From NCBI GenBank assembly GCA_002633005.1, contig NMRA01000791.1, positions 79,442 to 143,441 of the forward strand: a stretch of 64,000 nucleotides of DNA. The letters are read 5' to 3'. Below are positions 28,101-38,650 of the stretch, piece after piece. How positions within the stretch are numbered: the stretch's first letter is position 1; each line of letters starts with the position of its first letter. This stretch comes from Phoronis australis. Lineage: Eukaryota; Animalia; Phoronida. A program made the position numbers and the translations under genes. Below the pieces are notes generated by a model. It ran no database searches. It saw nothing but the letters and a program-made list of their open reading frames with translations, and had not been told where the DNA came from.

Positions 28101-31100
28101 TGTAGGTAGTCTCTCAAATTTTCTAGTAGCAAATTGTTGGAGCATTGTTGACTCGTTTTCCCACACATCAAAGCGTTCGTAATTAAGCCAGGCAAGCGTG
28201 AGCTGGTATGCATATCTGGTACGCTTGATATGTTGTCCACCCAGAAGAGATGATCCAACACCAGGAATGAAGACATTGGCCAGGGAGAACACGTGGTCTC
28301 ATCCAGATCCATCCATCAGTGTACCTCCACACTCTTGAGATGCCATGTCGAGCATGCCCATGATATGAAGCATACCACTTTTGATTCACCGACCTCATCA
28401 GGGTACATCTAATGACAACTTTTCTGCTGAGCATAGAAAAGACAGTTACCTTCTATGTCTGGAACTTGACTAGGATTTACAAACTTTGGTGCCTTCTTGA
28501 CCACAGGCATTGCGTGTTTCTGCATGGTCATTGTCAAGGCATTTTCATAGAAAATGGAAAAAACCAACTGTCGCCCTTGGCCTGATGTTTTCTGAAGGTT
28601 GGTAATGTGAAAAGAACCCAACGTAGGTCACTGGAATATTTTGTAGTTGTCGCTCACGTTCAGTAAAAACATTGTGCACATGATTGAGCCATGCGTCATC
28701 AAGAATCTCTGCTCGGGGATTTTCAGTGAAGGAAGGTTTGGCTTTCCCCTTTGGAGAAGGTAGGAGCGTGATAACTCCAGCAAACTCATCAATGTACGGG
28801 AGAATGGCAAAGTCATCAAAAAGCTTGTAATTGACGATATCAGCAGCATGCATCGTAAGGGGTGGGGGTACAGCCCAGGGTTTGTATGAGTGGGATGACT
28901 GGTTAGAGAAATGACAGTACCATGGAACTCAATGCGACGAGACTCATCAATATTATCAACTGCGGAAAACCCCCGCTTGAAATTTGAAGGCATAACGACT
29001 GCCTCTTCGGTAAACCGTTTTGACACTGATAGAGTAAGTCCCATTCTGATACGAATGGCACGATCGTAAGAAACTGAAATGCCTAACTCATGAAAAGTTC
29101 CACTTATTCCCTTCTAACGATCATTGGCAGGCAGCTTCAATCCCACATATAGCGGAAAGGGTGTCTCTCCTTTCGTTGATAGATGGTAGCTTGCTTTGCT
29201 AGCTTCGTTTGCGGCATTGCTGCATAACAGTTGAGAGATAGTGCAAGCGATTTCATTCTGGTGCTGATGTTGCCTTGGGTCTTCTGCCATTTTCTCCTCA
29301 ATAGAGTTCGAACTCTGAAGTAAGACATCTAGAAGGGTCAGAAGAGGCTTCGGAACTGGCTCACTGGAACAGTTTGAATTCAATGACCCATTGAGTGGCA
29401 CTTGTAGTCGAATACCTTTACGATGCAGGACACCAACTTCAGCAATCTTCTTAGCCTCGTCCCCCCGTAACCTCGACACGTGCATTCTCTGTCACAGCGG
29501 CGCTAACTTTGTTCTTATGAGAGATGTAAATATCTCCACCCATTGAGTATTCAGACCAATCACACCTTAGCTTTTCTATAATATGTTCTTTGAACCTTTT
29601 TGGGTGCACGTGCACACCAATTCAATGAGAGTCCAGCTGCTCCAGCCGAGTATCATGAAGCTTTCTCAATTCAGCAAGCTTGAAAGTGCAACGGTTGAAC
29701 TTCACAAACGCTACTAGCTGAGCGATTACCAAAGGATCGTATTGCTGACTAACGTAAGTTTCCTTGGCATACGACGTTTGGGTGGTTCGAGCATCGTTCT
29801 TCAGCTGCATGAGTATAACATGATAAGTGATAATGAACATCACCAGCCTTAGGGTCAATAGCAGTGTTTAAAAGTACAAGAGTCATCCAGGACTTGGATT
29901 CTGTAGCCTAGCTGTTCAGGGATTTGCTACAGTTTTGACTTCTCGCTCTTTATGTTTGTTCATGGTCTTCATCTTGAAACTTTCACAGCAGACGACACTA
30001 CATATTGGTGCGATCCACCGTTTTTTCGGACTCGATTTCTATTCACTATCAGAGATATTCCTGTTCTTTTTTTCCAATTCCCGCTGTATAATGTATGAGC
30101 GGAAGAGTCGTCGGCATCCGTTGTGGTATTTGGCTCCATTCTTTAGCAGTTTATTTGCTATTCCTGAACCATCATCCAGGCTCTCCAAGTTCCGACTCTC
30201 ATTGGTAAAGGTACACCATTGTCGGCAAAACGTTTCAAACCGTTTTCAGGGTTGGTACGCACTTTAGTGACCCTTCCTTTTATATAGGCATCGTAATTCT
30301 TTGTGGGATTGTTCTTGGCGAAGACAACATGCAGTTGGTGACCTTTTTTAGGAATTTTGAAGGGACAGTCGTCACTTATGTTGAGGTATTGTTTTAAACA
30401 CAAATGGGCGGAGATATGTCTTAAATAAGTTAAAATAGGTAAAACTAATTACTAATTAGCTTTACAGGCATTATATTCGGCCTGATTCCAAGCAACAAAA
30501 ATAATAGATGTAAGAGTGAAGCTCCCCGGGACCAATTGTTTGACATTTTCTATCCGGTGACAAGCGTTTGATATTTTCAGTCCAGAGACAGTGTACGAAG
30601 ACTTAAATAGCCTCAAAACATAAAACTATCATCAGAAATGAACTCCTCACACCCAAAAATATTGAAAACATGGTTTTCAATATACTCTAGTGATAACAAT
30701 AGCTGAAATACGCCAACTTCCATTTTCGGCGGCGGCCATATTGGATTTTGTGCGTAGCGGCCACCAGGGGGTTAGCATAATTTGTTTGCGGTGTTTTTTA
30801 GAAATGTTTTACCTATCCCTAACATTGTACCAATTTTCAAAAACTTGTCACAAAGTGCGCGATTTTTATGAATTCCCTCTCCGCTACTATGAATATACCT
30901 TTCTATTTTGGCAAGGTTTACTAAAAGGCCTGGTCACATGACCCGTTTAACGAGAATTGGTACAAGGTCAAATGTAAATCCTACTGCGTTTTTATTTTAA
31001 AAAATATATACTTTTACTGAAGTCAGAATCTGCACTTATGTAGGTTTTTTGGCTGAATGGACAGACTTGTCGATAAGGTAATCTTAACAGGGCTGCACCA

Positions 31101-32395
31101 ATATGGAGAAGCCAAACAAAACTAGTTTCCTCTTCGAAGTATAACTTGGTTGACAGCGTGTACTGAACATGTACAGTACATGTATTGCCTTAGCCTTTTT
31201 CTTATTATTTATCCTTTCGCCAGCTTGTAATACTCCCCTGATGCAGACCGGAGTTGTGCCGGATCACAAAATATGGGTATCTGGTCACATCGGACAATGC
31301 CCTAGGTCACATGCCATACTGAACAGTCAAAAGACCGTCAGTGGATCACCCCCGTGTTACGCGTGGTGTACGATGTCTCTTGCCGATCCATGGATACATG
31401 TGAAATTTGACATCAGGTGAGTAGATGAATATGGATTAAATATTTCAACTGGCTATTTTTCGTTAAATGATGTAACAAACACGTTGAGTGATTACTATTG
31501 TGCAACCAAGTCATGACGTTTGTCATGAACATGTAGCGCAACTAAAACTCAGGTTAGACTACATTTTTACGCATACATGTAGGCCTACACGGACAGTTCA
31601 CTGATCTGTCAGATGGAACCTTGAGCAACTCCCTATCAAAAATAGTTGCGAAGCATAAAACGCGACCGAGAACCAACTCGAGTTCTGGTAATGAATTTAA
31701 TATTGGATAGCCTTTTAACCTTTATCACATGCGAAGGTACATATTTGAGAGATTAGCGGACCAAAATGTCTTCATATTTTTAGATACCGAATTACAGCTG
31801 TTGAAGTTCAGGGACGCGGTGATGAGAATCATCACTTAAATACGTTTGAACTGAAGTACAGCAACAATGGTCGCTACTGGAGTTTCTACGATGATAGGAC
31901 GAGGAATTCACTAGTAAGCTCACAACATTTGTTTATAATTATCTGGTGTGTACGTCAACAAAACGGAATGGGTGATTGACCACTCATTTGGACTATCAAT
32001 GTCTGTGCATCGTTCGTGTACAAGTGTGAATCCAGTCACGACATGCAGAGGTCAGTCAGACAGGTTATTTTAGATCCGTGGGTGAACATAATTCAGACAA
32101 TTTTACATGAATCATAAAATGGACTTGTAATAACGTGAGTCAAATGAAATTCGGGAAAGTCCCTCTGTACGCTCAAGCTACTTTGCAAAATCTTACCAGA
32201 TATATTAGTTTACAATGTATAATTCTAATATCGAAATATTTTTTTTTGTAGTCGCTACTGGCCGGTCAAGGCAGTGTCCGCACAACACTGGACCCTCCTC
32301 TGGAAACCTTATATGTGAGAATTGTTCCCAAGACATGGACGCCTCAGCAAATCGTCTGTCTCCGTTTTGAGCTCTACGGGTGTCCAATCGAATAA
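2141..32395 (+). CDS. Spliced gene, copy 1: multidomain astacin-family (M12A) zinc metalloprotease, pro-astacin-EGF-CUB-EGF-TSP1-MAM-ShK x3-FA58C; 5'-incomplete
   Basis: 22 exons, all AG/GT bounded and phase-consistent: 2141-2435, 4507-4645, 7082-7175, 7795-7992, 8331-8457, 10032-10139, 10634-10737, 11074-11198, 11778-11905, 13110-13217, 17354-17518, 17971-18309, 18903-19075, 20130-20265, 21721-21840, 22251-22283, 23145-23264, 25276-25395, 26300-26377, 31224-31416, 31784-31913, 32252-32395 (TAA). Total 3177 nt with no internal stop in manual translation. Zinc motif [12 protein letters not shown] and Met-turn SIMHY. Confidence 0.92.
4507..4645 (+). CDS. Astacin copy 1 exon ([26 protein letters not shown]...[10 protein letters not shown])
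   Basis: ttgcag|...GG|gtaagt; TCLxF astacin motif; phase 1-2. Confidence 0.92.
7082..7175 (+). CDS. Astacin copy 1 exon ([32 protein letters not shown])
   Basis: ttccag|G TGT...GAT|gtaagt; equivalent of the GCxSxVG...LxxxC segment. Confidence 0.92.
7795..7992 (+). CDS. Astacin copy 1 catalytic exon ([23 protein letters not shown]...[13 protein letters not shown])
   Basis: HExxHxxGxxH zinc-binding motif plus SxMHY Met-turn; ttttag|...|gtactg; 198 nt, phase 0-0. Confidence 0.97.
8331..8457 (+). CDS. Astacin copy 1 C-terminal catalytic-domain exon (GFTVINEDG...[16 protein letters not shown])
   Basis: cttcag|...C|gtaagt; LSxxDxxxLNxxYxC astacin ending. Confidence 0.94.
9220..9740 (+). mobile_element. 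Highly decayed non-LTR retrotransposon RT fragment; also in copy 2 at ~58770-59280
   Basis: Broken translations [19 protein letters not shown]..., CFIDF(*/Q)KAF match LINE ORF2 RT motifs (GxDxIPxE; FIDFxKAFD). Confidence 0.6.
10032..10139 (+). CDS. EGF-like domain 1 exon ([30 protein letters not shown])
   Basis: 6-Cys EGF pattern typical after astacin domains; phase 1-1; conserved in copy 2. Confidence 0.92.
10634..11905 (+). CDS. CUB domain, three exons (10634-10737, 11074-11198, 11778-11905)
   Basis: CG...IKSPGY...[12 protein letters not shown] / LEFLDFNVE...CKDSLEVR / LCG...[18 protein letters not shown]; phases 1-0-2-1. Confidence 0.92.
13110..13217 (+). CDS. EGF-like domain 2 exon ([35 protein letters not shown])
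   Basis: Canonical [12 protein letters not shown] EGF; phase 1-1. Confidence 0.93.
13770..14460 (-). mobile_element. Penelope-like element 3' fragment, inverted relative to the adjacent copy
   Basis: Minus-strand [11 protein letters not shown]...IATAMKP and QQNHVMDW motifs; similar to + strand 15710-15970. Confidence 0.65.
14500..15970 (+). mobile_element. Decayed Penelope-like retroelement (RT and C-terminal region)
   Basis: Frameshifted motifs [41 protein letters not shown]...TAP...[29 protein letters not shown]. Confidence 0.72.
16068..16130. repeat. (TG)n microsatellite with one N
   Basis: Direct reading. Confidence 0.97.
17354..17518 (+). CDS. Thrombospondin type-1 (TSP1) domain exon
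   Basis: [14 protein letters not shown]...[21 protein letters not shown]; WxxWxxW and RxRxC motifs; phase 1-1. Confidence 0.95.
17971..20265 (+). CDS. MAM-like domain plus Pro/Thr linker, three exons (17971-18309, 18903-19075, 20130-20265)
   Basis: CTFD...CSFRQ...PSVDHTYG...YCVRFYY / ...W...E / ...[13 protein letters not shown] then [10 protein letters not shown]; phases 1-1-0-1. Confidence 0.85.
20569..20621. repeat. Near-perfect ~52-bp palindrome, probably part of a non-autonomous DNA element
   Basis: ttggacaattatcgcccgaggggc-gtta-gccccgagggtgataattctccaa; arms are near reverse complements. Confidence 0.6.
21721..21840 (+). CDS. ShK (ShKT) domain 1 exon ([37 protein letters not shown])
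   Basis: 6-Cys ShKT pattern CxxWAxxGECxxNxxWMxxNCxxxCxxC; 120 nt, phase 1-1. Confidence 0.93.
22251..22283 (+). CDS. 33-nt Pro/Thr linker micro-exon ([11 protein letters not shown])
   Basis: tttttaag|...CAG|gtaact; phase 1-1; resembles the preceding TQPPPT linker. Confidence 0.75.
23145..23264 (+). CDS. ShK domain 2 exon ([37 protein letters not shown])
   Basis: ShKT Cys pattern; 120 nt, phase 1-1. Confidence 0.93.
25049..25147. repeat. Imperfect (CA)n microsatellite
   Basis: Direct reading. Confidence 0.9.
25276..25395 (+). CDS. ShK domain 3 exon ([37 protein letters not shown])
   Basis: ShKT Cys pattern; 120 nt, phase 1-1. Confidence 0.93.
26300..26377 (+). CDS. Pro/Thr-rich linker exon ([26 protein letters not shown])
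   Basis: cttttaag|...GAG|gtaatg; phase 1-1; GC-rich island in AT-rich intron. Confidence 0.82.
26825..30886 (-). mobile_element. Academ-like DNA transposon, degenerate, 4062 bp, in the intron before the discoidin exons
   Basis: ~280-bp imperfect TIRs starting TAGCGG and ending CCGCTA; 3-bp TSD CTA (26822-26824, 30887-30889); frameshifted minus-strand transposase pieces (AVDNID...[15 protein letters not shown]-terminal [26 protein letters not shown]). Superfamily assigned from recalled Academ hallmarks. Confidence 0.82.
31224..32395 (+). CDS. FA58C/discoidin domain, three exons (31224-31416, 31784-31913, 32252-32395 with stop)
   Basis: CNTPL...AWC...PWIHVKF / ITAVEVQGR...[10 protein letters not shown] / LDPPL...YVRIVPKTW...CLRFELYGC* are discoidin hallmarks. 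Confidence 0.92.
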
Positions 32396-33018
32396 CTGTT
32401 GCTCTATTTGTGACAGAACCCGGTGACGGTATGGCTAGAGCATTGTACGACAATGTCTCTGGTTTTCCCAAGTAGACTTTTCTTCTGTACATGTAGACAT
32501 TTTCTCTGAGAATTTTACGATTGCATTGTCTTAGTTTACGTCACTTTGTGAGCACACCTTTGACTCAAGCCAGATTATAATTAATCTATAATGTTACGCT
32601 CTTTACGATTAGCACATAACGCCAAGGTCAAACAATCAAATGTTTTAAAACCGACTACTTTTACAACCTACACTAAGAACATGAAGGTCTTGTCAATGAA
32701 GAAATGAGTTAGCCTATGTTTTGGTAACAGGCAAAGAACAACATGTACAAACGATACACAATTGCTCGGAAGATTTTCCAAAATAGTTGTTTTAGACCTG
32801 TCCACAAAACAAACGCAAAAAAGCTGAGTTTGTTGCCCGGTGCCTGTCCAATTAGTTACGTGCTTGATTTGCTAGCTCAAGTCAGTGAAGACCAAGTACT
32901 ACAACCGAACGCATAAACGCAGTAGCCATCTGTTTTATAACGTAGTAGAAGTAACGCACAGCCAAATGAAAGCGCTCCGAGGAGCGACACGTGGTGAAAT
33001 TGGGTGAAAATTATTGGA

Positions 33019-33120
33019 GATGATGATAATGATGATGGTGATGATGATGATGATGACGATGACGACGACGACGATGATGATGAAAATGGCGATGATGAAC
33101 ATGAAGATAACAATCATGAC
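33019..33120. repeat. (GAT/GAC)n imperfect trinucleotide microsatellite
   Basis: Direct reading; source of the spurious poly-Ser and poly-Ile ORFs. Confidence 0.9.
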
Positions 33121-33899
33121 GAAAGAAGATTTCAGAAATGAGTAAGAAATAAGCTACATGTATAGTCTTGTTCGTATCAACAAATGTGCAGCAAAATCGT
33201 ACAATATACTCTCACAAAACGTTCGAAATATTTCAAATGTTGATTTTTGAAATTGAAAGTCAGATAACTCAAAAACGGGAAATCTAAAAAAAATTGTTAC
33301 AGGTCATTCGAAAGAGCATACCTCAGAGAATCTAAATTCAAAAATTCACGTCATTTGCTCTTCCCGTTCAAAATGGCACAGCAACACAGAAAGAAGTTTC
33401 GGTTAAGCAGAACTTGGTAATAGATACATGTAGCAACAGAAAACTAACACATGAAAATTTTCGAAGCAACGGGTCCAACAATGTGCCTTCCACAGGACAA
33501 AATGTTTTCGGCCATAAATCGAGGCGCCATGCGCAATGGTCGTTAGTTCCGCAATCTTTGACCAGAGGTAAATGATTTTCGGTACATCTGTTGGACATGT
33601 CAAGTGCAACAATCCTGTCGATTTTGATCTTTGTACGTCAAAAGTTACGGCCTCTATGAGCATTTGAATCTGAATTCTAAAATAAAATGTCATCCACGTC
33701 CGCCTTTTTTCAATCTGATCATAACCAAAAACAAAAGGCTTCTAGCACTTTTGCAAATACAGCTTTTGGGCAAATTTCGAGCGAATCAGAGGGAAAGTGC
33801 GACTGGTATAGAGCGCGAACAACAAAAAAGCGAATTCTACTTGCGCTAACTGCGAAGCGATACCTAAGCTTACAATGAAACAACATGTGCGAGTGAGAT

Positions 33900-36087
33900 A
33901 AAATGTCAAATATATCAAGACAAACAGAACTACTACCGATATCGATAAATATAAAAGATATAAAGTGTATGATATGTTGAGCTGTAAAGATGGGTGACAA
34001 TCTCTCGGACAATCGGCACTGCTGCAGGTGTAAAGGTGGTATATACATGTATCAAGGTTGATGGCTAACACAATGCCGAAGCAACACTGTGATATCGATA
34101 TGGGAAAATCGAGAGTTAATAGAAATGAAAAAAGAAATAAATGATTTAAGGGAAGGAAGGCTATGAAAATTGACTGAAAAAATACAAAATTGAAGAGAAT
34201 TATGGACGATGGCACAGTTTTGCGAGGAGACAAAGAAATCACGCTTGTAAACCAATATAAGTAGGAGAACGAAGAGGGCCACTGACCCAAGAATCAAAAC
34301 ACAATCATAATGAGGACGGATCAGTATAGCTTACATAAAATAATTTAATACTTAAATTATATTCATATGCACTAATTGGGAAGCGATACCGAAGCTAGTT
34401 TACACTGAAACAATACGAGAGGGTGAGATGATAGCTCATATATATTACGACAAACTAACTTACTACAGATCTGATCCATAGATACAAAAGTTATACAGTA
34501 CATGTATATTGAGTTGTAAACGTGGGTGACAATCTGCCTCAGGTGCAGCAGAAGGAGGCATCCGCCCACCGGAGGGGGAGCGAGCGAGGCTGACAAAAAT
34601 TAGGATGTGCATAAAGGAGTAAAAATAGTGATGAATAATAAGAAAATTGGGAACACGAAGTGGAATTGCTGGTTAACATGACAACAGAAAATTATATACA
34701 CGACTCAACAAGAGGTCGAAATGAGAGTAACCAAAACCTAAGAGGAGTACAAAGCTAACATGGAATGATACTATCCAAGCAATATGCATAAGGAGACGTA
34801 TGTACAGATACACTGTGTGTCGCATAGATAGGTACATGTAAAGATAAATACTGACACACATAGACAGAAATGCATGCAGACAAGGATACATCGAAGTGAG
34901 GTAATGTGAAATGTCAACCTATATAATCCGTGGTAAAATGCTAACACGTTGAATTACAATGGATACGCCAGGAGGTGAACCGAGAACAAGTATAATAAGT
35001 ACTGGAATAGGTTCCTGGGAGGGAGAACCCAGAAACGTTTAGTGGTAAAGAGACGATGCAAGTGGGTTGGGCACTGGCAATAGAGGTGGCCCGATGATGA
35101 AAATGGAGAGTGAGTGCATGAATCAGGACAGTGGCAATGCAGGTCCCCTAGGGTGGAAACAACACTGGCATAGAAAGGCAAGTGTTGATGAGCGACGCTG
35201 GACATTGCCGACACAGTAGCCCCTGAGATAAAGATGGGTAGTGGACGGGACACTGGCAATGCAGTTGCCCCTATGATGAAAGGGGTTGGTGAGTGAGACG
35301 AGGCACTGGCAATACAGTTGCCCGGTAGATGAGAAAAGGTGTGACGCGGTTAAGCGCTGGCAATACAGCTGCTCATTGCAGACGAATGATTAAGGTAGTG
35401 AGTGGGATCGTTAGTAGCGGGCAAGTGGAGTTATGGGAGACGAACATAGTTCCCGAGAGCGTCGGAATTCCAGAGACCTATGCGCTGAACGGTCGAGTCA
35501 GAGATTTGGAGGATCGTAGCAAAGGTGGCTGTTCCAATGCGGAAACTATGAGATTTGTATCGTTCAGGATCTAGACCGACGTATTCGAGTACCAAGTTCA
35601 GGTAGAAAATAAAGTATAAGCGAGTTATGGGGGAACCATTGGGAACCAGGAAAAGAGTGTCCAAGGACGGTGGTCGGAGAGATTGAGGTAGTGCTGAAAG
35701 GTGGCAACAGGGCAATAAGATCCGGTAGAACGAGGAATAACGAGGAGTGAGGTCATGATATTGGTAGTGAGAGATGAACGTAGATGTAACTAAGACGTCG
35801 TAGGGGACCTGGATGATGCAGAGGGGTGATGAGGCAGAGGTAGTAGGTGATGAGGCAACAAATTCACTAAGAAACACGAAAAAAGGCGTGAAAGGCCGTG
35901 GAAAACATGGCAACACAGCGAGATGCAAAGAAATGAGAGTAGAGGGCCAAGGGTAAGGCACTGAAAAGGCGGTGAAACCATAGTGGGAGAACAATGAGGG
36001 TCAATGACCCAAAAATAAAAACGATATGATAATGAGGATGAAGCAGTATAGTTTAAATGAAATAATTTAATACTTAAATAATATTTC
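33900..36087 (-). mobile_element. Tyrosine-recombinase retroelement relic (DIRS/Ngaro-like), internally deleted
   Basis: ORF 35431-35994(-) ends GLDPERYKSHSFRIGTAT...QRIGLWNSDALGNYVR (YR HSxRxG, GxWxS, Y motifs); direct repeats 34261-34364/35983-36086 and 33974-34003/34506-34535. Confidence 0.75.
35070..35375. repeat. Degenerate ~50-bp tandem array with hairpin core CACTGGCAAT(A/G)CAGTTGCCC
   Basis: Cores near 35071, 35128, 35202, 35250, 35303, 35354, plus a partial at 35162. Confidence 0.75.
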
Positions 36088-37552
36088 GCAAATTAATAAT
36101 TTCCTTGCAGCCGGGCTTTCGACGAAGGTCTTTCCTTAATCTGCCAAAACACTCCTTCGGAGTATGTCTCAATGCCTTTCAAAAAGTTTCCTAGCGTTTT
36201 AAACTCGGCTGATGAAACTTTAAATAGCGCAACTTGACAAAATTATGATTTTCTCTTATTCTCTATGTTCATTATTCCAATGGCTTGGACAATTATTATT
36301 CAAGGTAGATCATAATTATTGTTAAAAAGTCATTTAAAAGAACCACTGTGACCAGTTTGAAATACTGGTTTACCTAATTCCCTCAATAATGTGTGCCTCC
36401 CAAGTTTATCATCGTCATTGGCAAGTAATCCAGTGTTGTTTGGTTAAATCTTTGACCTGTTCTTCAGTCCGATGAGCTATCATCACTTGCCTATTTTATC
36501 ACCAGTGATTTTGTAACTTGAATGGTCAATGAGAATGGATTTTGAACTCGCATTTAAATGTTGTATTATTTGGCTTCTGGCAACTACAACCTTTGAAGTA
36601 CATGTAATTGCTTGGTGCAAGATGAAATTACTTGTGATTTCTAAACGATAACCAGTCGCTGACGTTACAGAAAATCTTTCACAACAGACAAGACACTCTG
36701 AAACCTAACGATCCCCAGAATAGGATGTTTTTTCATGCTGATGGTCATTTTGATGACCACGAACGCCTGGGAATCAAGTTGCCTGATCAATCAGATTGGA
36801 TGACATAATTAAACAACTTGATCATAAATATTGCAGCGTTCAACCAGATGATTTTAAGTTCTGGGACCACTGTTAACCACAGTTTAGTTAACAGGAAACT
36901 TTTCAATGTCGTGGAGGAAGTTTGTGGTTGCTGGGTTGCTGCAGATGTGTAGCTCTGTGGGACTTTACGAAGACGTAAGTAACATGGTAAGACTCTAGGA
37001 CACCGAACGCAAAAGTGAATCACATGTGACGCTATGAACTGTAAATATTACTAAACACAATCTTGTGATCATACCCTTGTTTCCTCCTGAGGCACAAAGC
37101 ACTGCCTATTCTGTCTGGATAATGTGTTGTTGCTAATCCAATTGCATGTAGTAAACATCTGAGGTGTAAAGTTTCACAAAACAGAGCAGAGCGCATTGCA
37201 CTGGTTCCGTGACGTTCACTCATCATATTAATGTAATTCCTCTCACAGTTGGACAATTTTTTCGAAGTTGCTGAAACTTATTTCCTTTAGACGAAGACAA
37301 AAACAACTTTGTCGCGTCTGTGAAAGCGCAAATTTCAAACTTAGCGCTGGACAGCCATAATTAAGTTGGACATCTGATATCTGAGACGCATACATGTATG
37401 TGAAAACTGGCTCCTGCAGAGGGATGGAGCTCAAATCCTGAAAGGAAAGCCTAATCTTTTTCAGACCGGATCACTCGTTTCAGGAGAATATTGGCAGTGT
37501 TTGCTGAGGTTTGGCAGATCATGCAACACGTTTATGAAAAAAGTTATCACGC

Positions 37553-37701
37553 AGAGAGAGAGATAGANNNNNNNNNNNNNNNNNNNNNNNNNNNNNNNNN
37601 NNNNNNNNNAGAGAGAGAGATAGAGAGAGAGATGTGTATATAACTATTTATCTATCTGCACATTTATATATGTGTTTGTCTGCGTGTGTGTCGGTGTGTA
37701 A

Positions 37702-37736
<35 letters not shown>
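37553..37736. repeat. (GA)n flanking a 42-N assembly gap (37568-37609), followed by (CA)n
   Basis: Direct reading. Confidence 0.95.
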
Positions 37737-37739
<3 letters not shown>

Positions 37740-38169
37740 TGCTTGCTAAAGACATATTAACTACATATATATGGGAATAATAGTAAATTAATCTAAGTAT
37801 ACACTATGGAATTCTTTGCCACACTGACTGGAGTGTCAGAATGAGTCAAAGCTGAGACACGTAACTTTAATGTTTGTGGTCGGCGCACCTTTTAATTGTG
37901 TGTGGTCGGCACACCAACCTCCACCCGTTCATCAAGCCTTAGTGCGGAAACCGAGTTGGTGGCAGTCCTCTGTTGGAGTGGGACGATCACCGCAGCAAGT
38001 CAGAATGGTTCATGGTAACATGCAAAGCTGCAGCAGGTATTTGGTGCTTCATCGAAAACCTTTCGCATGCGGCGGGCATTCCAGAGTCGACCATTTGAAA
38101 GGCAATACGTCCAGTTGCCGATGAAGTCGACAACTGCACGAACTTTAACGCGTAAGTGAATAATGGCAA

Positions 38170-38650
38170 ATCTATCCAACGTTTCGGTTTATTACTCTAA
38201 ATCATTCTGAAGTAAACAGTTCACAGACTCAAAACAGGCGACACAGGCAGAGAAGAGACTGTACAGTACACGTCAATATGCATCGTGAGGGTGACAGACC
38301 AAACATCAAAACAGTTGGAGCTCAAATGATCCAATGTTTCTATTGAGGTAATGCTCAGCATGATTCAACCGTATATTCATAACCTCCCTTTATGAGCCTG
38401 AGGTGGCAATATCCTTGTCTAAGATTTGAACACCAGAGCAATCTATCAGCTGTCAAGGAATAATTGAGAACAGCACTGTGTGTGTCTTTACAGTGTTCTT
38501 TTACTCTGATGCTAAGAATCCTGTTCGTCATTCCCATGTAAAACTGTTAACAGTCACTGCAGTTGAGTTGGTACACAACATAACTTCTTTGATAATTACT
38601 CAACCGTGTTTTAAGTCTCGACAATGACAAAAGCCTGTTTACAGGTTTGA
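38170..38650 (-). mobile_element. Penelope-like GIY-YIG endonuclease 3' fragment
   Basis: SYVVYQLNCSDC*QFYMGMTNRILSIRVKEH matches the VY..xC..C...YxGxTxRxLxxRxKEH pattern. Confidence 0.75.

Noticed and set aside
32877-33117. Poly-Ser and poly-Ile ORFs
   Set aside because: Translations of a (GAT/GAC)n microsatellite.
33742-34891. Hydrophobic membrane-protein-like ORFs on the minus strand
   Set aside because: Artefact of the T/C-rich strand bias of the YR element; no recognisable motifs.
35070-35375. CRISPR-like appearance (palindromic repeats with spacers)
   Set aside because: Repeats are degenerate, spacers resemble each other, no cas genes, eukaryotic context.
36738-36770. ctgat-ggtcat-tttg-atgacc-acgaac hammerhead-like hairpin
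   Set aside because: Both conserved core boxes are broken and no parent element could be assigned.
37032-37256. Minus-strand LLHAIGLATTHYPDR resembling an astacin zinc-motif remnant
   Set aside because: No HE, no third His at the right spacing, no supporting exons; likely chance.
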